Source of the DNA: an uncultured Chloroflexia bacterium
Lineage (GTDB): Bacteria; Chloroflexota; Dehalococcoidia; UBA2979
Direction of reading: 5' to 3'
Assembly: GCA_963728205.1 (NCBI GenBank)
Contig: CAVSIV010000006.1
Coordinates: 1,216,001-1,280,000, forward strand
DNA length: 64,000 bases
The first letter of the stretch is position 1, and every line of letters begins with the position of its first letter. Under the pieces are notes generated by a model, which worked only from the letters and a program-made list of their open reading frames with translations, ran no database searches and was not told the DNA's origin. Of this stretch, positions 1 through 8,355 are shown piece by piece. The position numbers and the translations under genes are program-made.

Positions 1-445
1 GCGGCACCTGCCCGAGCTCGTGGACCCCATCGCGGACGGTCGGTTCGACCTGGCATACGGGTCGCGCCTGCACCCGCGCTCGCAGACCAGCCGCGGGCTG
101 AAGCGCGAGGTCACCTCGCGCGGGTACGTCCTCGTGCTCCGCTACCTCGCGGGCCTGCGCGTCAGCGACGCCCAGTGCGGATTCAAGGCGATCAGCCGGG
201 AGGCCGCCCGCGCACTCGTGCCGCTCGTGCGCGACACGCAGTGGTTCTTCGACTCCGAGCTGCTGCTGGTCGCGCAGCGCAACGGCTACCGGATGCTGGA
301 GGTGCCTGTGCACTGGGTGGAAGACCGCGACACGCGGGTCCACGTGCTGCGCACGGCGATGGAGGATCTGCGCGGCATCTGGCGCATGCGGCGGAGCGGC
401 GTGCCCATCGTCGCCGGACGCGGCGCCGACGGGCCGCGCCCGTAA
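1..445 (+). CDS. Glycosyltransferase family 2 (Dol-P-Man/Glc synthase-like), 5'-truncated by window edge
   Basis: Motifs 'DLAYGSR', 'SDAQCGFKA', 'WFFDSELL' and 'EVPVHW' are typical of the DPM/DPG-synthase-like GT2 C-terminal half. The frame is open back to the window start. Confidence 0.85.
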   Translation, partial: RHLPELVDPIADGRFDLAYGSRLHPRSQTSRGLKREVTSRGYVLVLRYLAGLRVSDAQCGFKAISREAARALVPLVRDTQWFFDSELLLVAQRNGYRMLEVPVHWVEDRDTRVHVLRTAMEDLRGIWRMRRSGVPIVAGRGADGPRP

Positions 446-506
446 TGCGACAAGCAGACGCGCGCGTCCTCGGGGCGGGCGGCGATTCCGCCCACCGGCT
501 GATTCC

Positions 507-536
507 TTGACCCTAGCCGATCGGCGTAGATAGCAT
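507..536 (+). promoter_or_regulatory. Sigma70-type promoter of the Rieske/cytochrome b operon
   Basis: TTGACC (507-512), 18-nt spacer, TAGCAT (531-536). Confidence 0.55.
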
Positions 537-608
537 CGGCCGCGGCCGCGCCGGGGTCGCCCTGTCCGCGGATCCCGCCACGCCGAGTGTCCTCGAAGGG
601 TGAAGCCG

Positions 609-710
609 ATGATTGGTGAGGGCGAAGGCCTCGAGCTTCTTGGCGTGTTCATCACCTTCATGACCGGGCTCGCCATCATGGTGCTGCTCGGGAAGTGGTG
701 GGAAGCCTGA
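609..710 (+). CDS. 33-aa single-transmembrane microprotein (candidate small subunit of the cytochrome b6-type complex)
   Basis: ATG 609 to TGA 710 encodes MIGEGEGLELLGVFITFMTGLAIMVLLGKWWEA. It has a GAAGGGTG RBS-like motif, GC3-rich codons and one hydrophobic helix, and is the first ORF after the promoter. Confidence 0.65.
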   Translation: MIGEGEGLELLGVFITFMTGLAIMVLLGKWWEA

Positions 711-789
711 GCGTCTGCGCGTACCGGCAGCGCGGCCTTGCGCCGTCGGGTCCGCACGTCGACCGGTGTACGGAAATTAGGAACTGCTA

Positions 790-1545
790 ATGGCGACGAC
801 TGAGCGACCCGAACACCGCGCCCTGGGGGATCGCCTCTACGACGGCATCTTCCACAACCGGGTGTGGCAGTCGATCTTCCGCTCGGGGTACCCGAACACC
901 CCGCGCAACCAGATGCTCGCCGTCGCCACCAACGTCTTCCTGCACCTGCACCCGACGCGCATCCACCGCACGCACGTCAAGATCACGCACACGTTCTGCC
1001 TTGGCGGGCTGTCGTTCTTCCTGTTCCTCGGCCTGACCATTACCGGCGTGCTCCTGATGTTCTATTACGTGCCGTCTACCGACCGCGCGTACACGGACAT
1101 CCTCGCGTTGCAGAACGACGTCCGCTTCGGCCAGCTGATGCGCAACCTGCACCGCTGGATGGCCCACGGCATGGTGCTGCTGGTGCTCATGCACATGATG
1201 CGGGTGTTCTACACCGGCGCGTACAAGCCGCCTCGCGAGTTCAACTGGGTCGTGGGCGTCGTGCTGCTGGTGATCACGCTGCTGCTCTCGTTCACCGGGT
1301 ACCTGCTCCCGTGGGACCAGCTGGCCATCTGGGCCATCACGGTCGGCACGAACATGGTCGGGTCGGCGCCGATCCTCGGGCCGGCAAACCGGTTCGTCCT
1401 GGTCGGTGGCTTCCAGGTGGGGCAGAATGCGCTCATCCGCTTCTACACCCTGCACGTGATCGGACTCCCGCTGCTCGCAGCGGTGTTCATGACGGTGCAC
1501 TTCTGGCGCATTCGCCGCGACGGCGGCCTCGCGCGGCCCCTGTAA
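790..1545 (+). CDS. petB: Cytochrome b6-like subunit (N-terminal half of split cytochrome b)
   Basis: Heme ligands in '[16 protein letters not shown]' and '[17 protein letters not shown]', 'GYLLPWDQ', and 'FCLGG' (heme ci-attachment Cys). Confidence 0.92.
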   Translation: MATTERPEHRALGDRLYDGIFHNRVWQSIFRSGYPNTPRNQMLAVATNVFLHLHPTRIHRTHVKITHTFCLGGLSFFLFLGLTITGVLLMFYYVPSTDRAYTDILALQNDVRFGQLMRNLHRWMAHGMVLLVLMHMMRVFYTGAYKPPREFNWVVGVVLLVITLLLSFTGYLLPWDQLAIWAITVGTNMVGSAPILGPANRFVLVGGFQVGQNALIRFYTLHVIGLPLLAAVFMTVHFWRIRRDGGLARPL

Positions 1546-1566
1546 GCCGAGGTCGGGAGGACACTC

Positions 1567-2442
1567 ATGGCAGTCGCACGCTCGGTTCCGCCTGAGCCCG
1601 TCTCGCAGGCCGTGCGCGGTCGTCAGCGCCGCCAGCGCGAAGAAGAGCTGCTGGTATGGCCGGATCTCGTCTTCATCGAGTTCATCGCCGCGGTCGTGTT
1701 CACGATCTGCCTCACGATCCTCGCGGTGCTCGTGAACGCGGTGCTCCTGGACCAGGCGAACCCGAACGTCACGCCGAACCCGTCGAAGGCGCCGTGGTAC
1801 TTCCTGAATCTGCAGGAGATGCTGCTGCACATGAACCCGGCGCTCGCCGGCGTGGTCGTGCCGACCATCGCCCTCGTGCTCCTCGGCGCCATCCCCTACG
1901 TCGACCGGTCGCACGAAGGCCAGGGCGAGTGGTGGGGCACCCCGCGGTCCAAGCAGATCACGGTCTTCATGACCGTGGTCTCACCGATCATCACAGTGGT
2001 CCTCATCCTCTTCGACTCGTCGAAGCACGTGCAGCTCTACGAGATCATCACCGGCAAGACCTGGCCCACGCGGCTGAGCTGGCTCAGCAGCGTGCGGTCG
2101 ATTCAGACCGATCTCCCGTGGCCGGACTGGACGAAACACATCCCGCTCGGCTCGAAGGTGCTGCGCACGGACCTGATCGGGCTGCCGAAGATCAACCTCG
2201 ACATCAACTTCCCGGCCGTGCTCGTCGAGCAGATCATCCCGGTCACTTTGATGGTGGGCTTCCCGGCGATCCTCTGCCTGGTCGCCTGGCGCATCCGCCT
2301 GTGCCGGAACCGGCGCGATTTCATGATCCTGCTCTTCACCGGGTTCATCGCGGTGTACGTGACGATGACCATCGTCGGGACGTTCTTCCGGGGCCACAGC
2401 CAGACGCTGGTGCCGTACAGCATCTTCTCGACGGAAGGCTGA
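1567..2442 (+). CDS. petD: Cytochrome b subunit IV-like (C-terminal half of split cytochrome b), extended
   Basis: 'WPDLV' start motif and 'ANPNVTPNPSKAPWYF' (PEWY-equivalent Qo loop), several TM helices, GGGAGG RBS. Confidence 0.85.
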   Translation: MAVARSVPPEPVSQAVRGRQRRQREEELLVWPDLVFIEFIAAVVFTICLTILAVLVNAVLLDQANPNVTPNPSKAPWYFLNLQEMLLHMNPALAGVVVPTIALVLLGAIPYVDRSHEGQGEWWGTPRSKQITVFMTVVSPIITVVLILFDSSKHVQLYEIITGKTWPTRLSWLSSVRSIQTDLPWPDWTKHIPLGSKVLRTDLIGLPKINLDINFPAVLVEQIIPVTLMVGFPAILCLVAWRIRLCRNRRDFMILLFTGFIAVYVTMTIVGTFFRGHSQTLVPYSIFSTEG

Positions 2443-2488
2443 GCGAGGCCCGAGGAGCAAGACGCCACCGGCGGAGAGGTAAGACGGA

Positions 2489-3154
2489 GTGACGAACGAA
2501 ACGCAGACCACGGAAGAGCGGCCGGAGGCGGCGCCGACCGACGCCTGGCGCGCGGCGATCGCCTCGCGCAAGACGCAGATCGCGCGCACCGAGGGCGTGC
2601 CGAGCGTGCAGGCGGCGCCGATCGAAGCGGACCTCTCGCGCCGGCGCTTCATCCGGGCATCGTTCTTCAGCGGACTCGGCGTGACGCTGCTGGGAAGCGT
2701 CGGGCTCTTCGTCGACTACTTCTATCCTCGGCACGTGAAGGGCTTCGGCGGCCCCGTCCCGGCCGGGAAGGTGTCGGACTACCCGCAGGGTGCGGACCCG
2801 GTGCACAACCTGGACGGTCAGTTCTGGATCGCGAACCTCGACCCGAAGGAGACGCGCAAGGGCGGCACGGGCGGCGCCGAGGGCTTCCTGGCGCTGTGGC
2901 ACAAGTGTCCGCACCTCGGCTGCACGGTGCCCTGGCGCCCGGAGTTCGAGTTCGAGGGCGACAAGGGCTGGTACCGCTGCCCCTGCCACGGCTCGACCTA
3001 CACGAAGGCAGGCGTCCGCGTCTACGGTCCGGCACCGCATGGCATGGACGTGATGACGGTCGAGATCGACAAGTCCGGGAACATCACGGTCCAGACGGGC
3101 GACATCACGATCGGTGGCCCGAACAACCCGAAACTCGCCGTGAAACCAGCGTGA
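2489..3154 (+). CDS. petC: Rieske [2Fe-2S] subunit, Tat-exported
   Basis: CPHLGC and CPCHGSTY boxes; twin-arginine motif SRRRFI followed by a TM helix. Confidence 0.95.
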   Translation: MTNETQTTEERPEAAPTDAWRAAIASRKTQIARTEGVPSVQAAPIEADLSRRRFIRASFFSGLGVTLLGSVGLFVDYFYPRHVKGFGGPVPAGKVSDYPQGADPVHNLDGQFWIANLDPKETRKGGTGGAEGFLALWHKCPHLGCTVPWRPEFEFEGDKGWYRCPCHGSTYTKAGVRVYGPAPHGMDVMTVEIDKSGNITVQTGDITIGGPNNPKLAVKPA

Positions 3155-3200
3155 TCGCACGCGTCTCCCGGGACACTGACTTCAGCAGATCGGCGGCTAC

Positions 3201-4589
3201 ATGAACACGAGCAAGCAAGTCAACGCGATGATCGGGTTCCTGTTCCTCGCGTTTCTCGTGTTCGCCGCCTACTACGCATACGAACCGCACCGCGAAGCGC
3301 AGGCCACGCAGACGCAGCAGGACGTGTTTGCCGAGCGCGGCGCCACGCTGTTCGTGAAGAACTGCCGCACGTGTCACGGCCTCGACGGCAACGGCCCGCT
3401 CGAGGGCGGCGTCGGACCGCAGCTCAACACGCCTGCGTTCGTGATCCTGCAGCCGGACAACAAGTTCGGCCTGCCGCCGACCTCCGCCGGAGTGACGAAG
3501 CAGATCACGGACTTCCTCACCGAGACCATCGCGTGCGGCCGCGCCAACACCTTCATGCCCACATGGGCGCAGTCAAACGGCGGAACGCTCTCCGCGATCC
3601 AGGTCCAGTACATCGTCAGCATGATCACGCAGGGTCGCTGGGACCTCGTGAAGTCGATCGGCGAGGCGACGGACGCGGAGACGGGGCAGACCGCCAAGGA
3701 CATCGTCCAGAGCGACCCGTCGAAGCTGTCTGTCAACACGAACCACTGCGGGCAGTTCACCGCCGACTACGTCTCGGAGCTGCGCAAGCGCGACCCGTTC
3801 CACCCGAACGCCGCGACGGCGACGCCGAGCCCGACGGCGACCGCTACCCCGGCGGCGCCGAGCGGACCGGTCGCCGGGAAGATGGCCGTCACCGAGAAGG
3901 AATTCTCGGTCTCGGTTGACCAGTCGAGCATTGCGGCGGGCAACGTCGAGTTCGACGTGAAGAACGCCGGCTCGATCGTGCACGACATTCGCATCATCAA
4001 GACGGACCTCGCGCCGGACAAGCTACCGGTGGCCGGCGGCCTGGTGGACGAGTCTCAGGTCGACGTGGTCGGCAAGATCGACACCGTGAGCCCGGGATTG
4101 ACGCAGACCGTCAACGTCCAGCTGGAGCCCGGCAAGTACGTGATCATCTGCAACGTGCCCGGGCACTACCAGCTCGGCATGCGTACCGGCTTCACGGTCA
4201 CGGCCGCGACGGGCGGCGGCTCCGCGACTCCGTCGCCGTCCGGGACGGCGAGCCAGGCAGCGACGCTGGCCGTCACCGAGAAGGAGTTCTCGATCTCCCT
4301 CGGCCAGGCGAGCGTGGCCGCAGGTGACGTGACGCTCGACGTCAAGAACGCGGGCGCGATCGCCCACGACATCCGGGTCATCAAGACCGACCTCGCGCCG
4401 GACAAGCTGCCCGTGGCGGGCGGGCAGGTGGACGAGAGCCAGGTCGACGTGGTCGGTAAGATCGACACCGTGAAGCCCGGGAGCTCTCAGCAACTCCAGG
4501 TCAAGCTGCAGCCGGGGCACTACGTGATCATCTGCAACGTCCCCGGGCACTACCAGCTCGGCATGCACACCGAGTTCACGGTGCAATAG
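3201..4589 (+). CDS. Membrane-anchored cytochrome c fused to two cupredoxin (auracyanin/sulfocyanin-like) domains
   Basis: N-terminal TM helix, CRTCH heme site with distal 'FMP' Met, a T/P/A linker, then two domains each with 'HDIR' and 'CNVPGHYQLGM' (C-x4-H-x4-M type-1 Cu loop). Confidence 0.88.
   Translation: MNTSKQVNAMIGFLFLAFLVFAAYYAYEPHREAQATQTQQDVFAERGATLFVKNCRTCHGLDGNGPLEGGVGPQLNTPAFVILQPDNKFGLPPTSAGVTKQITDFLTETIACGRANTFMPTWAQSNGGTLSAIQVQYIVSMITQGRWDLVKSIGEATDAETGQTAKDIVQSDPSKLSVNTNHCGQFTADYVSELRKRDPFHPNAATATPSPTATATPAAPSGPVAGKMAVTEKEFSVSVDQSSIAAGNVEFDVKNAGSIVHDIRIIKTDLAPDKLPVAGGLVDESQVDVVGKIDTVSPGLTQTVNVQLEPGKYVIICNVPGHYQLGMRTGFTVTAATGGGSATPSPSGTASQAATLAVTEKEFSISLGQASVAAGDVTLDVKNAGAIAHDIRVIKTDLAPDKLPVAGGQVDESQVDVVGKIDTVKPGSSQQLQVKLQPGHYVIICNVPGHYQLGMHTEFTVQ
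3885..4583 (+). repeat. Intragenic tandem duplication of a 315-nt cupredoxin domain (3885-4199 and 4269-4583)
   Basis: Two 105-aa copies, 82/105 identical by hand alignment. Confidence 0.95.
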
Positions 4590-4614
4590 CGGCGGACGTG
4601 CAATAGCGGCGGAC
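4581..4614 (+). repeat. Perfect 17-bp tandem duplication spanning the stop codon
   Basis: GTGCAATAGCGGCGGAC at 4581-4597 and 4598-4614. Confidence 0.95.
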
Positions 4615-4683
4615 GCGCACGAGAACGATTCGCGGGCTCGCCTGGCGGCGGGTGGCAGCGCGCAGCACGAGGGGGTTGGATCG

Positions 4684-4803
4684 ATGGCAGCAACGACCGG
4701 GAAGCGATACCGCTGTCCGAACTGCGGCGCGGAGTTCATCGTGACGCGCGGGTCGGACGAGGGCGAGCTCCGCTGCGGCGACACGCCGCTCGAGCAGCTG
4801 TAG
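4684..4803 (+). CDS. 39-aa desulforedoxin/zinc-ribbon-like microprotein
   Basis: MAATTGKRYRCPNCGAEFIVTRGSDEGELRCGDTPLEQL. It has a GAGGGGG RBS and a YxCxxCG...LxCG pattern like desulforedoxin. Confidence 0.75.
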   Translation: MAATTGKRYRCPNCGAEFIVTRGSDEGELRCGDTPLEQL

Positions 4804-4822
4804 GCAGCAGGGGGACGCCGAT

Positions 4823-4966
4823 ATGGCCGTGGCACTCGGTAAGCGCTACAAGGACGAGCAGACCGGCATCGAGCTGCTCTGCATCAAGCCGGGCGACTGC
4901 AACCTCAACGTCGACGGGCGCGGCATGGAGGAGCTCCAGCCGAAGGTGCTGCCGTCCGCCGACTAA
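4823..4966 (+). CDS. 47-aa microprotein, paralog of the preceding one, with C-terminal 'KVLPSAD' tail
   Basis: MAVALGKRYKDEQTGIELLCIKPGDCNLNVDGRGMEELQPKVLPSAD. It has an AGGGGGA RBS and shares the GKRY..G.E...G.L pattern with 4684-4803. Confidence 0.75.
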   Translation: MAVALGKRYKDEQTGIELLCIKPGDCNLNVDGRGMEELQPKVLPSAD

Positions 4967-5028
4967 GCCCGTCGCCCGGCTGGCGAGCGTTTCTCGCTCG
5001 CAGGTCGGCCGCGGGGACACCGGCGCGT

Positions 5029-5057
5029 TTGACGTGCCGGTGAACGTTTCCTAGCAT
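5029..5057 (+). promoter_or_regulatory. Sigma70 promoter for rpsU
   Basis: TTGACG (5029-5034), 17-nt spacer, TAGCAT (5052-5057). Confidence 0.6.
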
Positions 5058-5132
5058 GAATGTTCGCGTCACGCTGCGCATCAGTTGCGCGGACGCGTCA
5101 CAATGCGTGCACGTTGAGGATGGTGATTCGAT

Positions 5133-5342
5133 TTGTCGGAAGTCTACGTCGGGGAATCGGAATCGCTGGACGCGGCACTGCGCCGGTTCAACAAGCGCGT
5201 GCAGGCCGACGGGATTCTGACCGACGTCCGACGGCACGAGTACTACGAGAAGCCGTCGGAGCGACGCAAGAAGAAGGAAGCCTCGCGCCGCCGCAAGCTG
5301 CGGAAGGCGCTGCTCAAGCAGAAGCAGCGACGGGAGCTCTAG
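5133..5342 (+). CDS. rpsU: 30S ribosomal protein bS21
   Basis: '[12 protein letters not shown]', '[16 protein letters not shown]'; TTG start. Confidence 0.95.
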   Translation: MSEVYVGESESLDAALRRFNKRVQADGILTDVRRHEYYEKPSERRKKKEASRRRKLRKALLKQKQRREL

Positions 5343-5352
5343 TCCCGGAGCG

Positions 5353-5380
5353 GAAACCCCGGCAGCCCCGGGGTTTCTTG
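5353..5380 (+). terminator. Intrinsic terminator-like hairpin after rpsU
   Basis: GAAACCCCGG / CCGGGGTTTC 10-bp stem with 5-nt loop, followed by TTG. Confidence 0.6.
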
Positions 5381-5434
5381 TCGGAGGGGACCGGCGGCCG
5401 GCTCGCGCCGGGCCGCCGAGCGGGAGGAGAGGCG

Positions 5435-5887
5435 ATGATGCCCGGCATCCCCGACCAGATTCGCGCCGAGATGACCACGGCGATGAAGTCCGGCGACGCG
5501 CAGCGCCGCGATGCCCTCCGACTGCTGATCGCCGCGTTCCAGAACGCACGCATCGCGGCCGGCCACGAGCTCTCCGACGAGGAGGCCGTGCGCACGCTGC
5601 AACGCGAAGCCCGGCAGCGGCGCGACTCAATCGAGGAGTACCGGCGCGGCAACCGCGACGACCTCGTCGCACGCGAGGAGTACGAGCTCGCGATCATCGA
5701 CGCGTATCTCCCTCAGGCGCTCTCGGAGGACGAGGTCCGCTCCCTCGCGCGTGCCACAATCGACGAAGTGGGCGCGTCCGGGCCCACCGACGTCGGCAAG
5801 GTGATGGGCCCGCTGATGGCGCGCCTTGCCGGCCGCGCCGACGGGAGGCGAGCGAACGAGATCGTGCGCGAGCTGCTGGCGGGCTGA
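5435..5887 (+). CDS. GatB/YqeY domain protein
   Basis: 'AMKSGD..RRDALRLL', 'RRDSIEEYRRGNR.DL', 'YLPQALS', 'DVGKVMG', 'GRADG'; GGAGGAG RBS; canonical neighbour of rpsU. Confidence 0.92.
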   Translation: MMPGIPDQIRAEMTTAMKSGDAQRRDALRLLIAAFQNARIAAGHELSDEEAVRTLQREARQRRDSIEEYRRGNRDDLVAREEYELAIIDAYLPQALSEDEVRSLARATIDEVGASGPTDVGKVMGPLMARLAGRADGRRANEIVRELLAG

Positions 5888-5929
5888 GCGGCCGGTCACG
5901 CCGGTCGCCGCCCGGCGAGGCGGTCGACG

Positions 5930-8257
5930 ATGAGCCAGCGACCACCGGCCGGTCGCCCCGACGCCGCGCGTGCGCGTGAGCGCCGCCTCGGCGCGTTCCT
6001 CTTCGGTGGATTCCTCACGATCACGTTCGCCGTCGCACTGTTCCCGTGGTTCCCGGGCGGCGTCCGTCTCGAACGCGGCTCGATCGCGGATCGCGCCATC
6101 GTCGCCCCGCGGGACATCACCTACGATTCCACCGTGCTCACCGACCAGGAGCGGCACGCGCGCGCCGATGCCGTGCAGCAGGTCTTCGTGCTCGATACCG
6201 ACGTCCGCGACAAGCAGCTCGCACAGCTCAACCAGGTCCTGGCGTCGATCGACCGGGTGCGCGGCGATTCCACCCTCTCCGAATCGGCGAAGGAAACGGC
6301 GGTGCGCAACGTGACCGGCGTGTCGCTGTCGGCGCGCTCCGCGGCGACCCTGGTGCAGAGCAGCGCCGAGCAATTCAAGGCGCTCGGCGACGAGGCGAGG
6401 AACGCGCTCGGCCGCACGCTGACGCAGAGCATCGGCGCGAGCGACGTCTCCGCCGCGCAGACGAAGGCGTCCACCTTCTTCTCGCCGCTCCTCTCCGCCG
6501 GCCAGGTGATCGCGCTGCAGGAGCTCATCGATCCGCTGATCGTGCCAACGCTCGTCGTCGACCAGGAGCGCACGAAGGCGCTGCGCGACGAGGCGATGGC
6601 GAACACACCCCCGGTCCAGGTCAGCTACACGCGCGGACAGGTCGTCGTTGCCGCTCGGACGCAGCTCACCGCGGCCGACATCGAGGCGCTCGACCGGCTC
6701 GACCTGCGTCACGCGGGGATCGATACGCGGAGCGTCCTCGCCGTCCTGCTCTTCGCCGCGATGCTCGGGTGTGCGGCCAGCGGCTACGTGGCGGTGGCCC
6801 GCCCCCGCGCGCTGCAGGGTGCGCGCCGGCAGCTGCTCTTCGGCCTGCTGCTGCTCGTGCCGGCCGCCGTCGCGAAGTTCGTCCTGCCGCTGGCGCTGCC
6901 CGACCTCGACCGACACTTCCTCGCCTACGCGCTGCCACTCGCCGCGGCGCCGATGGCGGCGACGGTGCTGCTCGACGTGCCGATCGCGGTGCTGCTCGCG
7001 ACGCTGCTCGCCGCGGTGGTGGTGTTCGTGTCGATCCTGCTGCCCGGCGTCGACCCGGGCGGCGCGACCGCGCAGCTCGAGACGGCGCGGCTGGCGCTCA
7101 CCGTGCTCGCAAGCTCGTTCGCCGGGATCTACGTCACGGCGCGCGCCGACCGGCTGCAGCGCTTCCTCGTCGCCGGCGCGGCCGCGGCCGTGGCGTCCGG
7201 CGGTGCGCTCACAGTGATCTGGCTGCTCGACGCCGACCGCCGCGTCGTCGACTTCGTCTGGATCGCCGGCGTCTCCGCGGGCGGCGGCATCCTCGCCGCG
7301 TTGATCGCGGTCGGCGCGTTCGTCCTGCTCAGCCGCCCATTCGGGATCATCACGCGCGTAGAGCTGATGGAGCTCGCTCAGCTCACCCACCACCTGTTGC
7401 GCCGGCTGCAGGACGAGGCGCCGGGGACCTTCCAGCACTCCATCCTCGTCGGCAACATGGCCGAGCGCGCCGCCGACCGCATCGGCGCCGACCCGTTGCT
7501 CGTGCGCGTCGGCGCGTACTACCACGACATCGGGAAGCTCGTCGCGCCGGCGTTCTTCGTGGAGAACATCCCAGCCGGGGAGACGTCGCCGCACGAGGGG
7601 CTCGACCCGCTCCAGAGCACCCGCGTGATCCACCAGCACGTCTCCGGCGGCGTCGAGCTCGGGCGCAAGGAAGGGCTCCCCGAGGCCGTCGTCCGGTTCA
7701 TCCCGGAACACCACGGGACGCGGTTGATGACGTTCTTCTACCGCAAGGCCGCGCAGCTCGATCCACAGATCGACGAGGAGCTCTTCCGCTACCCGGGCCC
7801 GAAGCCGCGCACGCGCGAGACGGCGCTGGTGATGATCGCCGACGGCTGCGAGGCCACGGTGCGCGCGGCCGCCGACCGCTCCCCGGCGAACGTGCGCGCC
7901 ATCATCGACGAGACGATCAAGGAGCGCATCGACGAAGGGCAGTTCGACGACTGTGACATCTCGCTGCGCGACCTGCGCATCGTCGCCGAAGCCTACACGT
8001 CGACGTTGAGCGCCGTCTATCACCCGCGCGTCGAGTACCCGGAGCCGACGCAGCGCGAACGCGAGCGCCGCGCCGCCGGCCTGACCGCGCGCCGTGAGGA
8101 GCCGGCGCCCGAGGCGCCGGCCGCAACCGGCACCGAGGGGCGCTCCGCCGCGCCGCGCCGCGCCGCGCCGGAGGACGTCGAGCCGCCGCAGCGGGCGCGT
8201 CCGTCGTCCTCGGCGGCGAGCCGTCGCGAGCGGGAGCTCAGCGAGGACGACACCTAG
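5930..8257 (+). CDS. pgpH: 7TM-HD (HDIG) phosphohydrolase, PgpH/YqfF-like c-di-AMP phosphodiesterase
   Basis: Extracellular domain, multiple TM helices, 'EAPGTFQHS', 'GAYYHDIGK', 'EHHGT', 'FRYPGPKP', 'MIADGCEA'. Confidence 0.85.
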   Translation: MSQRPPAGRPDAARARERRLGAFLFGGFLTITFAVALFPWFPGGVRLERGSIADRAIVAPRDITYDSTVLTDQERHARADAVQQVFVLDTDVRDKQLAQLNQVLASIDRVRGDSTLSESAKETAVRNVTGVSLSARSAATLVQSSAEQFKALGDEARNALGRTLTQSIGASDVSAAQTKASTFFSPLLSAGQVIALQELIDPLIVPTLVVDQERTKALRDEAMANTPPVQVSYTRGQVVVAARTQLTAADIEALDRLDLRHAGIDTRSVLAVLLFAAMLGCAASGYVAVARPRALQGARRQLLFGLLLLVPAAVAKFVLPLALPDLDRHFLAYALPLAAAPMAATVLLDVPIAVLLATLLAAVVVFVSILLPGVDPGGATAQLETARLALTVLASSFAGIYVTARADRLQRFLVAGAAAAVASGGALTVIWLLDADRRVVDFVWIAGVSAGGGILAALIAVGAFVLLSRPFGIITRVELMELAQLTHHLLRRLQDEAPGTFQHSILVGNMAERAADRIGADPLLVRVGAYYHDIGKLVAPAFFVENIPAGETSPHEGLDPLQSTRVIHQHVSGGVELGRKEGLPEAVVRFIPEHHGTRLMTFFYRKAAQLDPQIDEELFRYPGPKPRTRETALVMIADGCEATVRAAADRSPANVRAIIDETIKERIDEGQFDDCDISLRDLRIVAEAYTSTLSAVYHPRVEYPEPTQRERERRAAGLTARREEPAPEAPAATGTEGRSAAPRRAAPEDVEPPQRARPSSSAASRRERELSEDDT

Positions 8258-8355
8258 CGCGGTCGGGAGCCGCGCGTCGAGGCTAGCCCGGCGCGTCCGT
8301 ATACTCGGCGTGGAGCATCTCCCCGCCGCCGGCATCCGCAGCACGAGGAGTCCAC

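Noticed and set aside
4581-4614. Direct repeat as a CRISPR remnant
   Set aside because: Only two abutting 17-bp copies, with no spacer and no cas genes.
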